Position numbers and translations under genes: made by a program. Below, one piece after another: positions 38,413 through 50,335 of a stretch of 64,000 nt of DNA (position 1 is its first letter; each line of letters starts with the position of its first letter). Under the pieces are notes generated by a model, which worked only from the letters and a program-made list of their open reading frames with translations, had not been told where the DNA came from and made no database searches. Source of the DNA: Gekko japonicus (Eukaryota); NCBI RefSeq assembly GCF_001447785.1, contig NW_015175988.1, forward strand, positions 328,833-392,832, given 5' to 3'.

Positions 38413-39668
38413 AAAAAGTTTCAGAAATCTTCGGCATGATTAATTATAGCCATCCTTTTGTTCTATCAACTGGTATAGACCCAGTTTGGTGTAGTGGTTA
38501 AGTGCGTGGACTCTAATCAGGGAGAACCGGGTTTGATTCCCCACTCCTCCACTTGCACCTGGCTGGATGACCTTGGGCAAGCCGCAGTTCTGACAAGAGC
38601 TGTTCTTGAAAAAGAGCAGTTTCTGTCAAGAGCTCTCTCAGCCTCACCTACCTCACAGGGTGTCTGTTGTGGGGAGGGGAAGGGAAAGGAGTTTGTAAGC
38701 CGCTCTGAGACACCTTTGGGTTGTGAAGGGCGGAGTATAAATCCAATCTCTTCTTCTCTTCTTCTCCTTCTAAATGGATCAAGTTATCTGATTTGTGGCA
38801 TGCCAGAATGGGTTCATAGAGACTGTAAGACTACTCTTTCAGGGGGGCTGTGCTGGTTCTCTGCTTTTTTAATCACTGTGGAAGACACACACACCCCTTT
38901 AAAATATCCTGTTTAGGGCAACCTTTGATTCTGTGATTCTGTTTTTGTGTAAACTGGGCTTTCGCAACCAAGGTTTCACAGTTTCTTGGCTGACGCAGTT
39001 CCCATCTGATGAGGGTTGAGGAGATTTGAGAAATGTGTTTTTGTTATTTTTTTTAAAATGTATTTTAATATTTGGTTGGAAGTGGCTTTGAACTTTCTGC
39101 AAGGTGGGATTAAAAATTATAACTAAATTAATTAATTGGCTTCTTGTTGCTGATCGTGAGTATGGCAGCCCCAAACATCCAAGTCATGGCAAATCAAAGA
39201 AGGGAGACGGTTTGGACAGTGGGAACGAAACCTGGGACCAAGCAGTCACCGATCCTTTCGGTCCCTCAGTTGTCCAGCTGTAGTGTCAAAAATATTGTAC
39301 GGTAAAAGATAAGCCCTGCCACAGACACGGGAATTAGTAGTTGTGTAAATGATCTCTTAGGGTAAAAATGAATGGCATAATTCTGATGTGTCAGGGACTC
39401 TTGCTCCAAATCAAAGTTGCCAGTTTGCCAGTGATTCTTAAAGGCTTCTCTTTCCTCTCTATTGTGAGTTAATGCCTATTTTTGTGAGTTGCTGTACCTT
39501 GTGTTATGTTGCGATGATGAAGTCTTGCCACTAACAATGCATGCATCAGAGAGAAAGAGTGAAAAGGAGGGGGAGAGAGGTGTAAAAGTCAGCAAAGAAG
39601 GAAATCCCAGTGCCCAATTGGGAAACACCTGGCTTTGATCTTGAATTGTTCCTCCCTAATCCTGAACT

Positions 39669-40016
39669 AGAGCTGCGGTGGCTCAAGTGGTTAAGATGCT
39701 GAACTGCAGGCTGTGGAAGGTCAGTAGTTCAGCAGTTCGAGACCCGGGTGCCACATGATGGAGTGAGCTCCCATCTCTAGTTCCAGCTCCTGCCAACCTA
39801 GCAGTTCGAAAGCAAGAAATTGCAAGTAGATAGATAGGGACCACTTCAGTGGGAAGGTAACAGCGTTCCGTGCGCCTTGGTGTTTAGTCATGCCAGCCAC
39901 ATGACCACGGAAACGTCTTCGGACAGCGCTGGCTCTTTGGCTTTGAAACGGAGATGAGCACCGCAACCCCAGAGTCGGATTCGACTGGCTTTCGAGCAAG
40001 GGAACCTTTACCTTTA
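39669..40016 (+). mobile_element. Full-length Sauria SINE
   Basis: tRNA head, Sauria core, (ACCTTT)n tail; 14-bp TSD CCTAATCCTGAACT. Confidence 0.92.
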
Positions 40017-40510
40017 CCTAATCCTGAACTGTACTCTCTATAGTTATTAAGTGCTGGGGGGAAATGAAAGAACTGGCTCCAGGACACTTTTTTCCTCTTA
40101 TTTTGGAGGGTTTGGGGAGGATGGGTTGTGTGCATTAGACTTTCCCAGGCAAAATGATGCCTGCAGTTTAGTTTGGGTGCATTTTTTTGTACAATCTGCC
40201 CACCAGTTACCTCCTGTTTGGCAGCCTAGACTTTCTGCAGCTATCTGCATATGGCACAGTGGACTCTGAATTCTATGAACTAATCCTTCAGGAATGGTGT
40301 GAACAGAAGAAAGGACCACAGCAGGAGCAACTGGATTAGATTACCATTATGTGAATGACTTCATATTTGTAAAGAACATGCTACACAACAAGGCCAAAGT
40401 TGGCCATAGTCATCTAGTGGGTCAGGACTGAGAAATGGGACCCAGCATGACCTGAAGTGAGTCATGCCCGTGGAACTGACGACACTGTTTAATTTTTTTT
40501 TAAGCCACTA

Positions 40511-41077
40511 GAGAACATAAGAACATAAGAGATGCCAATGTTGGATCAGGCCAAAGGCCCATCCAGTCCAACACTCTGTGTCACACAGTGGCCAGAAATA
40601 CCAGTGCCATCAGGAGGTCCACAAGTGGGGCCAGGACATTAGAAGCCCTCCCACTGTTGCCCCCCCCCCGCAAGCACCAAGAAGACAGAGCATCACTTGC
40701 CCNNNNNNNNNNNNNNNNNNNNNNNNNNNNNNNNNNNNNNNNNNNNNNNNNNNNNNNNNNNNNNNNNNNNNNNNNNNNNNNNNNNNNNNNNNNNNNNNNN
40801 NNNNNNNNNNNNNNNNNNNNNNNNNNNNNNNNNNNNNNNNNNNNNNNNNNNNNNNNNNNNNNNNNNNNNNNNNNNNNNNNNNNNNNNNNNNNNNNNNNNN
40901 NNNNNNNNNNNNNNNNNNNNNNNNNNNNNNNNNNNNNNNNNNNNNNNNNNNNNNNNNNNNNNNNNNNNNNNNNNNNNNNNNNNNTTATATAGGGGCATTA
41001 TGATATTGGCTGATCTGTTTTCAATACCCTTCCTAATAATCCCCAGCATAGCATTGGCCTTTTTTATTGCAGTCACA
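40511..41077 (-). mobile_element. 5'-truncated CR1 LINE spanning a gap
   Basis: Tail agaacataagaacataag; ORF2-like peptide TAIKKANAMLGIIRKGIENRSANIIMPLY; flanking CACTAGA repeat. Confidence 0.85.
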
Positions 41078-41277
41078 CACTAGATAGAGGAGGAGAAAAG
41101 AATAAACAGGTACCTTCTTTTTAAAAATGGGTCTAACTTTATGGGTCAGGTTAAATGTATGTCTTGGTGCTGAAAAAGGTGGAAGGGTACTTCAGAGGTA
41201 ATAAGTAGTAGGGACGGGAGATAGAGCTGAGAATCTGGTTCAATGTTCCAATTAATCCTGGTTTTAATGCTTGGCTG

Positions 41278-41757
41278 CAGGGGTCATTTCATAGAAAAGA
41301 GGTGCAGGTGCTCATTAGCATAATTTATTAGGATAACTTATTTGCATATGCCACACACCCTGACATCACCGGAAGTGTGTCAGAAGGCAACACCCACCAC
41401 TCAGGCTCCACTGGACTGTTTTGGATTGCTAGCTATTGGGGGGGGGGCATGCAGATCTGTCCTCACAGAGGAGAGAGAGCTTATACCTGAATAAAACTTG
41501 GTCTTAAAGGAACCACTGGACTGTTTTGGACCGGGGGGCCGGGAGCTCTGCAGGTTACCTGGTTGCTTCTTGCTCTGACTGAGGGCTGCTGGGAGCAGGG
41601 GGTTGGGCTTGTTGCATGTGCCCGCCCCCTGGGCTCTTTACTGCCGGAGCTCCGCTCCTGTGCACTCCTGCAGGAAATGACCCCTGATCCCACCGCCCCC
41701 TGGGCTCCTTACTGCTGGAGCTCCACTCCTGTGCGCTCCCGCAGGAAATGACCCCTG
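41278..41757 (+). mobile_element. hAT MITE (CAGGGGTCATTTC family) with duplicated right end
   Basis: TSD CTTGGCTG; homologous to 9814-10228; gaaatgacccctg occurs ending at both ~41686 and 41757. Confidence 0.9.
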
Positions 41758-43513
41758 CTTGGCTGTATTATTAATTGAGTGCTGTTTCCCCACACATAAT
41801 CTTCTGCAGTTTGGAAAGCTGAATAAGATTCTGCTCATATGCAGTCCATGCCGTCTCCTCTCCTCCTCTAAACCAGTCTCATCTTGAATTTTAAAAAATG
41901 TCAGACTTCTCTTCATGTGATGCAGCTGCGGAGAAAGGGGGCCATCCACACTCACTTTAATGTTAGTGGCCAAACTACAGTTCCCAGGAGGCAATGCAAT
42001 AATGCGCACATGCAGAGTCCCATTTCGGCCCAACATGTGTTGATATTACAAACTGGGATAGATTTACTGGCATGCAGAGAAGCCTTTTCTAAACGCAAAC
42101 AGTGTCTACATTCCAAACCATTGCCAAATCGAAATGAGTGGTGCTTGCCCACCACCAGCATTTAGCTCATTTGAATACAGTGACCCGTTCTGCGAGTTCT
42201 GCCATTTCGAGAAGACACGGAAATTTGCAAAACTGACCCAGATAACCAATCACCAGAATTCCTAGATTGAATCAGGTCATGTAGTTGCATTGCTTCTGAG
42301 CAAGTTACAGCACTGCAACAAAATGTTTTGCTTTACATGCGTGGATTGGAGGGGAGGCGTCTCTTCTCATTCTTTACTTGTCAGATTAGGGCTGGGAAAT
42401 CCCTAAAAGATGAGTTATGCTCAAAATATACAATCTCCCCCCCTTCTCCGATGGTTTGCCTTATGAATCAGACCCAGGTTCGCCAGGAGCTCCACTATGA
42501 ATCAAAGGTTTATGAGTGCATAGCAAGGAACCAAGAACCAGCATTTAGTAAATTTCCATAGCATAGGAATGGTTGAATTAGGGACTGAGCCAGCAAGCAG
42601 GTGGGGCTGTAGAAACGCATGTCACTGCAAAATCCAATGAGACACACTGCAAAAATTCAGGTGTGGATTTTTGACATTGTTTTGCTTCTCTTAAGCAGTA
42701 CAAAGGTGAAAGAGATCTCCACACATGTTTGTTTTTTTAAAAAAATGTCTAGCTCCAGGGGAATAAAACTGGGTATTATGCAACAACGCTAGATGGTTTT
42801 CCCAAAAGACTCTAGAGTCTGGGTGGCGTAGGAGTGACTAGAAGGAGGAACTTGGATTTAGTAAGACAGATGTTGGAGTCCCTGCTGGAGTCATGAATCT
42901 CATATGGGTGGCCTTGAGGCAGTCATTCCATCTGAGCTTAACCTACCTCGTAGGGTTGTTGTGAGGGACAAAAAGGGATCACTCACACTGATCTCCTTGG
43001 AGGAAGGATGAGATAGAATCAATGGGAAGAGAGAACGCATATTTGCAGCAGTATTCAAATAGTAAGTGGGAAATGTCCTAACCTGGTTGGGTCAGACTAG
43101 CCTGATCTTGTCAGATCTTGGAAGCTAAGCAGGATTGGCCCAGGTGAGTATTCGGGATGGGAGACTAAGGACGTCCAGTGGCTGCTGTGCATAGGAAGAC
43201 AATGGCAAGTGACCACTTCTTTTGCCTAGAAAAACCTATGGGTGTCGCCATAAGTCTCCGGCAACCTAACAGCCAAAACAAAAGCAAGCAAGCAAGCAAG
43301 CAAACACCAAGTAAATGTATTCCGGTTGTACAAATTAATTGAAAGAAAAATGCTTTCTTTTGGGTTTTGTATGCACCACAAATATAAAATGGAATAGAGC
43401 AGAACTGAAAAGGATGCTGGGCTTGAGCACGTGTGTTCACTTACCGGGAAGCCCTTGCCAGCAGAGGGCACCAGATTTCTTACAGAGTTTGATCACTTGT
43501 ACGGGGCCAGTAT

Positions 43514-44072
43514 GTGAAGCAGGCACAATGTCTGGCCCTTTGACCTTTCAGTGGCGAAAAGAGTGACAGCTGAGAAGACAGAAGTTGGCCCTATCTCTGT
43601 GGGTGAGTTATCCACAGCTGTATTGTTTTTGAATGGAAGGGAGCCTTAGGACCAAACTAGACAATACCACATCCCTGAGTCTGCCATTTTAGAGGTTTTT
43701 TTAAAAAAAACTTTAAAAACTTTAAACTTAAAAAAAATTAAAAATACCTCAGGGTCCTGATCCTAACTGGGGACTGCAGCATGAGGAAATGAGGGGATCC
43801 CTGGTGAAGCAGGCACAATGTCTGGCCCTTTGACCTTTCAGTGGCGAAAAGAGTGACAGCTGAGAAGACAGAAGTTGGCCCTATCTCTGTGGGTGAGTTA
43901 TCCACAGCTGTATTGTTTTTGAATGGAAGGGAGCCTTAGGACCAAACTAGACAATACCACATCCCTGAGTCTGACATTTTAAAAACTTTAAACTAAAAAA
44001 AAAAAATTAAAATACCTCAGGGTTTTGATCCTACTGGGGACTGCAGCATGAGGAAATGAGGGGATCCCTGGT
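43514..44072. repeat. ~290-bp tandem duplication
   Basis: gtgaagcaggcacaatgtctgg...gaggggatccctg at 43514-43803 and 43804-44070; differences mostly in the A/T tract. Confidence 0.9.
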
Positions 44073-44257
44073 CCCCCCCCCCCGGTTGTGGTCTCTAGCA
44101 TGCATGTGGTCTGAAGCATTTTGGAAAGTTGTTTGAAAAAACAAGCTCTGAAATGGCACTACGTCCCCAGGCGTACTCAGGGATGTGGTATTGTCTAGCT
44201 TGGCCCTTAGTTTTCAATTTTAGAGGGGATACGCACTACAATTTTGAGGGAGTGAAA

Positions 44258-44468
44258 CAGGCCCATGGCCAGAAATTTTTGGTTGGCGGGGCAGGAGCCG
44301 GAGCGCTGGAGCAGGGGAGTGGAGAACTTAATTAGATCACAAAGCAGATTAGTTTCTAGTCTAATTGGCAGTAATCTAATTAGCGGCGGGAGAGGGGCAG
44401 GGTGGTGGGGCCTGGCTCACAACTGTGGGGCCGTGGCCCCCGAAATGCCCATGATAGCTACAGGCCTG
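44258..44468. mobile_element. Small hAT MITE
   Basis: Termini caggcc...aggcctg; TSD GAGTGAAA / GAGTGAGA. Confidence 0.65.
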
Positions 44469-44689
44469 GAGTGAGATCAGATGCTGAATAAATATGGCAT
44501 TTTCTTCTCAGGGTAAAGTACTTCTTTGATTGCACCTGCACACACCTAGATCTCAATTTATGCAATTCATTTGTATATACCCAGAAGTCACCTTCTAGAA
44601 AAGTTGGAAGTATATTAGACCCCGCATCCCAGTGCATGAATATGGGTATGATCCAGCCCAAGCGAAACATGTGCAAGTTCAAAGTTAGA

Positions 44690-44770
44690 GCTCAGTGGCA
44701 CCTTTAAGACCAACAAAGTTTGATTCAGGGTGTGAGCTTCCGTGTGCATGCACACTTCATCAGACAATGA
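44690..44770 (-). mobile_element. Penelope-like element terminal repeat with hammerhead ribozyme relic
   Basis: Minus strand: CTGATGA-agtgtgcatgcacac-GGAAgctca...aaactttgttggtcttaaaggtgccactg. Confidence 0.65.
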
Positions 44771-45774
44771 AATGGATCTACAGATCGTAGTTGTATGTAT
44801 AGGGGTGGCTTGTTAAATTAGCATGAAAAATACTAAATATGTTTATTAACAGTTCAAAAGAATGACAAGATCGGTTTACTGTTATCATCCATTTGGGTTC
44901 AGCGGGGGGGGGGGGGACAACATAGGTAATAAATGTCAGAACTGGAGACTGATGTGCCCACCTTGATATGCAAGTTCAGTTAGGGAAGGTAAAGTAAAAC
45001 ATTGGCCAGGCCAACAGTGCAATCCTGGACATGTATATTCAGAAGTAAATCCCATTGAGTTCAATGGGACTGACTCCCTAGGAAGCATGCTTAGGATTGC
45101 AGTCTGGAAGTACTATGCAAATTGAGGAGTCCTGTAGGGTTGTCAGTTTTGGGTGGGGAAATGCCTGGAGATTTGGGGTGGGGGGTGGAGCCTGGGGAGG
45201 GCAGAGTTTGGGGAGGGGAGGAACCTCAGCAGGGGGTAATGCCATAGTCTCCACTCTCCAAAGCAGCCATTCTCTCCAGAGGAAGGACCTCTGTAGCCTA
45301 GAGATCAGTTGTCATTCTAGGTGAACTCTGGCCACCACCTGGAGTTTGGCAACCTGATGCTATGGGGAAGAGCTGGAAATCAAAATAGACTGCACACCTA
45401 TTGCATAAACCCTGTTGAACTAGGTGACATTTGCTTCCCAGCAAATACCCAAGGGGGGGGGAGAGAAAAGAGGGAGATTAACCCTTGCAGCTGGGGTTGC
45501 CAACCTCCAGGTGGTAGCTGGGGGTCTCCTGCTATTTGATCTCCAGGCCACAGAGATCAGTTCACCTGGAGGAAATGGTCCCTGTGGGAGGTGGACTCTA
45601 GGGCACTATACCCTGCGGAGGTGTCTCCTCTCCTCAAACCCCCACCCCCCTCAGGCACCAACCCCCAAGTTTCCAAGCATTTCACAATCCGGAGGTGGCA
45701 ACTTTACTTGCAGGCAGATGCTAAAGCTCCAGTGATTTCGGTGGGACTCCCCCCCCCTTCCATTGACGATGCAA

Positions 45775-46110
45775 TCCCAAATACATTTATTTGGCAGTAG
45801 GCAGTATTGTTCCCCGTGTGATCGGCTTCGACTAAAGGCTTTTTTTTTAGGGGAAAAATATCCAGGCTACTACAGTAAACGGAGGAGGGAGAGCAGAGCC
45901 CAGTTTACCAGGATGGGTGGGATGAAGGCGCCCAGGGCTGGGTCCCAAATACATTTACTTGGCAGTAGGCAGTATTGTTCCCCGTGTGATCGGCTTCGAC
46001 TAAAGGCTTTTTTTTTAGGGGAAAAATATCCAGGCTACTACAGTAAACGGAGGAGGGAGAGCAGAGCCCAGTTTACCAGGATGGGTGGGATGAAGGCGCC
46101 CAGGGCTGGG
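45775..46110. repeat. 168-bp tandem duplication upstream of the promoter gap
   Basis: Two copies with one mismatch; this explains the repeated peptide in ORF 45763..46152. Confidence 0.92.
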
Positions 46111-46551
46111 TGGGCAGTGGGCGTGGCCTCCATGGGGACTGCGGAGGGCTGAAGTTTATTATAGGCGGGAGCGCCCACTCGGAGAGGGCTTTTTTTTTTC
46201 CTTTTGGNNNNNNNNNNNNNNNNNNNNNNNNNNNNNNNNNNNNNNNNNNNNNNNNNNNNNNNNNNNNNNNNNNNNNNNNNNNNNNNNNNNNNNNNNNNNN
46301 NNNNNNNNNNNNNNNNNNNNNNNNNNNNNNNNNNNNNNNNNNNNNNNNNNNNNNNNNNNNNNNNNNNNNNNNNNNNNNNNNNNNNNNNNNNNNNNNNNNN
46401 NNNNNNNNNNNNNNNNNNNNNNNNNNNNNNNNNNNNNNNNNNNNNNNNNNNNNNNNNNNNNNNNNNNNNNNNNNNNNNNNNNNNNNNNNNNNNNNNNNNN
46501 NNNNNNNNNNNNNNNNNNNNNNNNNNNNNNNNNNNNNNNNNNNNNNNNNNN

Positions 46552-46790
46552 GACTCCGGAGCCGCCCGAGGAGCAGCAGCGGCAGCAGCAGCGGCCGCCG
46601 CCTTTGCCTGCCTGGCGCCTGAAGGGCTCGCCGAGTGCGAAGGGCGGCGTTCGGCGGAGGCTGCGATGAGCTGAAAGAGGCGCTGCCCCGAGGAGCGATC
46701 CTGGGACGCCGCCGCTTCCTTGCATGCAGCTGGCCGCGCCGCGTCTCTTTTCGAGGCGGCCAGAGAAGCGGGAGATCATGATTCTGACAC
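46552..46790 (+). other. First exon of an unidentified gene (5' UTR, possibly with start codon)
   Basis: Strong donor CAC|GTAAGT at 46790/46791 inside the CpG island; GCA/GCG/GCC repeats; ATGs at 46666, 46724 and 46778. Confidence 0.7.
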
Positions 46791-47204
46791 GTAAGTGGGC
46801 CTTGGGGGGGCGGGGGTCCTACAGATGTGGAAACGCCGCCGCCGCAGCCAGCGGTTTCTTCGGCTGCTCTTTTTCTGCGTGTTGAACCTTGAAATGCCTA
46901 GACTGGGGAGGACGCGGCGCCTTTGGCTGCGCCGCTTCAGGGCCAGGCGTTCGCCCGCGGCGCTCTGTACGCGCTCAGAGGAGCCGCTCTCCGGTATTCA
47001 CGCGGTTCAAAAGTGACCTTTCGCAACGAAAGCAGCGATTGAAAGGAAAGGGGGGATGAGGCAGAGAAGTCGGCAACGTCTGGGGCTCTTGCTGCATGGG
47101 AAGGTGGGCAGCCGTGTCCAGGGCGCGTTTCCTCGGCGGGGAGCCCCACCGCGGCCAGCCTCCTCCCCACGCAAGGGTGGGCTGAGGGGGGCTGCTCCGG
47201 GCTG

Positions 47205-47438
47205 CCTTCGCCCGGCCCTCCCTGGAGGGGGCGAGAAGCGAAGGCGACGCTGCGGTTTGCGGCGGGGGTCGCTGCCCGGAGCCGCTTGCGGGAAGCTGGG
47301 GGGCCGAGCCCCGGGGGGCAGCTCCAGGCTTCCTTCGCCCGGCCCTCCCTGGAGGGGGCGAGAAGCGAAGGCGACGCTGCGGTTTGCGGCGGGGATCGCT
47401 GCCCGGAGCCGCTTGCGGAAAGCTGGGGCGCCGAGCCC
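47205..47438. repeat. 127-bp-period GC-rich tandem duplication in intron 1
   Basis: ccttcgcccggccctccctggagggggcgagaagcg... at 47205 and 47332. Confidence 0.85.
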
Positions 47439-49652
47439 GCTCTGGCTCCGGGGAGGTTCCAGCCGGGGCGAAGGAGGAGGCGGCTCCTTGCCGGAGATGG
47501 GGCGATTAGACCGGCGTAGCCTTTGCTCGGGCGGGGGTGCTGCAGCGGCTGGAATCTGGGTCGGGGTCTCGGGCGGGCAGAGTCGAAAGGGCAGCGGAGG
47601 AGGGCCGTCGGAGGGAGACCCTTATCTTTGCACGTAGGCGCAAAAGGCTGCGGGGGATCGCCTCCTTCTGCTGCGGAGGCTCTGGCGCGCCTGTGGAGGC
47701 GTCTGGTTTGTGTCACCCGCCTGGATTTCTCCGCGGCGGCGTTTCGGACCCGGCGGTGTTTGGAATTTCTCCCGGACGCCTTGGAAGCTGGACGATCTTC
47801 TTGTTCTTCCAGTCGGTCTTCTCCTTTTCATCGAAGCAAAGCATTTTGTGCATATCATAACCTGACCGATTTCTGTGTTTTTTTTTTTAAAAATCCACCG
47901 GTGAGATTGACTTGAGGAAATGACATTCACGTTTTCTCAAGTGGAGGTAATGTAAAAGTTCCGAGGAAAAAGAGAAGACGGATCCTTGGCTGGCCGGAGC
48001 CATGTGGGCAACTTACCTTGAAATGTGTTTTAGATTAGACCTCCCCCCCCTCCCAATTTCATGCCAAAATGCTCTCTGTGATGGTATTCATCTGTGCAAG
48101 AGCAGCTTGGAGCTCTGCACTGGGGAGGGATGTTAAAGGGAAAGGCCAAAGATGAAAGGGTTAAATTAGGGTGTGTGATCCCCCCCCCTTTTTAGTGCCC
48201 AAGAGAAGGAAGCTAACAGTCCCCTTTTGAAGTTTTCAATAATTAGTCTGGTGGCTCCTAGGAGCCAGATGCCTCCCTCCCCCCACCAACCCGGTGGTGG
48301 CCTGGCTCTGATGATGTCATCCGGCGAACCTTTGATCCCTTTCAAGGAGCAACACCCCCTGCCAGTCATAAACAATCCCTTGTATTTCCAGCACAAACAG
48401 AAAACAAATTCTTTTTGTTGTCTGGCTACCTTGGGTACCACCCTCCCTCCCTCCCTTCCTTCGCACAGACCTGCCAATGGCGCGCTTACGGCATCATTGT
48501 GAAGAACATGTTTCCATTAAGCTAATGGAGCCCCTCTACCTGAACAGCAGTCAATTAGATGTAAAACATTTAGGTTAATTGTCGAGCAGGCGGAGTGTTC
48601 TTCTTTAAGGATTTTTTTCTCTCTCTCTCTGATCCCCCTTAAAAGTATGCATGTATTCATCAGTGGTTGTTAATATGGTACCCTTGTAATTTTTTTCTTT
48701 AGATGTACCCAGTTTGCTTCTAGGCAGAAAAAGTTATTCACAATGAAGTAATAATGTGGAAATTAAAGGTTATTTACCACCCCTCTTCAGTGCTGTTTTG
48801 AAGGAGCTTGCCTTTTGCATTCACATCCTTCTTTTAAACACCCATGCATGCTAGCAACTAGCAAATAGTTTTGCTGCTTGTCATCACTGACAAAGTCACA
48901 ATTAAACATAGTAAACTTTTGCCCTCTCCTGGGCCAGGGGATTGATCCAGCTTGGCAAGTCTTGCTCACTGTCTGTCAGTCTAGGAGCCCTGCCTGAAAA
49001 CCAAGAGCCTTTTAACTGAAGATATCTGGTACTGATGTGATGCTTGCAAAGAAGGTGTTATCCTGCTAAATTATGGCTCCTTCCCCAAAAAACGTGGGAG
49101 GGGCCGTGTCATAGTGGTAAAGGATCCACTTGGCATGTAAAAGGTCCCAGGTCTAGTCCCTGGCATGTCCAGTTTCAAGGATCAGGCACTAGGTGGTGTG
49201 AAAGAGCAGAGACTTTTTCATCATGGCCCCTTCGAGAAGTTCATTGGTTGTCTTGTTTGACTTCTTTATGGAAACAAAGTAAGGCATAGCTTACAGTATT
49301 TTGAAACCAAGACTGGTTTTGCTGTTGCTTTTATTGTTCATTTTTATGTTTAGTAGTTTTGTAAATAGGGAAACTGTGTTGGATACAGCCAGTGTTTCTA
49401 CTCACTCTCGCCAAATTCTCTTCCTTATTACGGGGCCCATCCCATCTGGTTTTTGTCCCCGCAGGTCCTGTGATGCCCATGTAGCCTTTTGGGATGATCA
49501 AGGGAGACCCCACCACCTATTTTAACCAGCAGAAAAGCTGGATCCAGGCTCAATTTTCCAGTGTCAGAATGTAACTTTCCTGTCCTCGCCCTTTCATAAA
49601 ATATAAATAGATAACCTAAACTGTTGAGCCGCACTTTTTGGGTCTGTTACAG

Positions 49653-49810
49653 GCTTTCAGAAGCTGCACAGCAGAATTAATGAGTTTAGTCTCTGAAGAA
49701 GAGGTGCTTGCGATTGATTTTGCACTAGTGTGCCAGATCGGTGGCATAAGAAAACACTATGCAGACATCACCCAAAAAGTGTATCCCTAATCCCTATGAT
49801 CAAGAAGAAG
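49653..49810 (+). CDS. Probable exon 2; candidate start ATG at 49759 gives MQTSPKKCIPNPYDQEE (phase 1)
   Basis: Acceptor ctttttgggtctgttacag, donor AAG|gtatgt, A at -3 of the ATG; protein not recognised, so the exon may be purely UTR. Confidence 0.5.
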
Positions 49811-49930
49811 GTATGTGCCATAGATGTATATCCCGTGTTTTGTTTCCAGATTTCCCTTTAATATGAGGACCCCTCCCCTGCACAAACACACCATTTCCAA
49901 GCTCCGCATGACGGAGAGAGAGATAGGGGT

Positions 49931-50335
49931 GCACTGTATGGCTGTGAGAGTTGGACTATAAGGAAGGCCGAGCGCCGAAGAATAGATTTTTTTTAACTAT
50001 GGTGCTGGAGAACCTTTGATCCCTTTCAAGGAGAGAGTCCCTTGGACTGCAAGAAGATCAAATCAGTCAATCCTAAAAGAAATCAACCCTGACTGTTCCC
50101 TGGAAGGCCAGATAATGAAACTGAAGCTCAAATACTTTTCCCTTTGAGAAGGGAGCACTCACTGGAGAAGACCCTGATGCTGGGAAAGATTGAAGGTCAA
50201 AGAAGACAGGGACGGCAAAGGATGAGATTGAGCAAACTTCAGAGGATGGCAGAAGACAGGAGGGCCTGGCGAGATCTTGTCCATGGGGTCGCGAAGAGTC
50301 GGACTCAACTGTGCGACTGAACAACAACAAAAAAC
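49931..50335 (+). mobile_element. Bov-B (RTE) LINE 3' fragment
   Basis: tatggctgtgagagttggactataaggaaggc...gaccctgatgctgggaaagattgaagg...cgactgaacaacaacaa. Confidence 0.92.

Larger units (their letters stand above)
46100..47820. promoter_or_regulatory. CpG island / promoter of a + strand gene
   Basis: Very high GC and CpG density in non-repeat DNA; GC boxes and TATA-like tttattata at ~46155; TSS probably inside gap 46208-46551. Confidence 0.85.

Noticed and set aside
39669-39750. tRNA genes at SINE heads (also 7916, 26347, 38478)
   Set aside because: A/B boxes are present but continue into SINE bodies; no complete cloverleaf is evident.
45763-46152. ORF with a repeated 56-aa unit
   Set aside because: Simply the translation of a 168-bp tandem duplication.
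46778-46790. Assigning a gene name from the MILT start (e.g. CDIN1, BCKDK)
   Set aside because: The following residues do not match those proteins; no symbol can be supported.
46937-47716. 259-aa and 193-aa ORFs in the CpG island
   Set aside because: Low-complexity R/P/G/A products expected from stop-poor GC-rich intronic DNA, lengthened by a 127-bp duplication.
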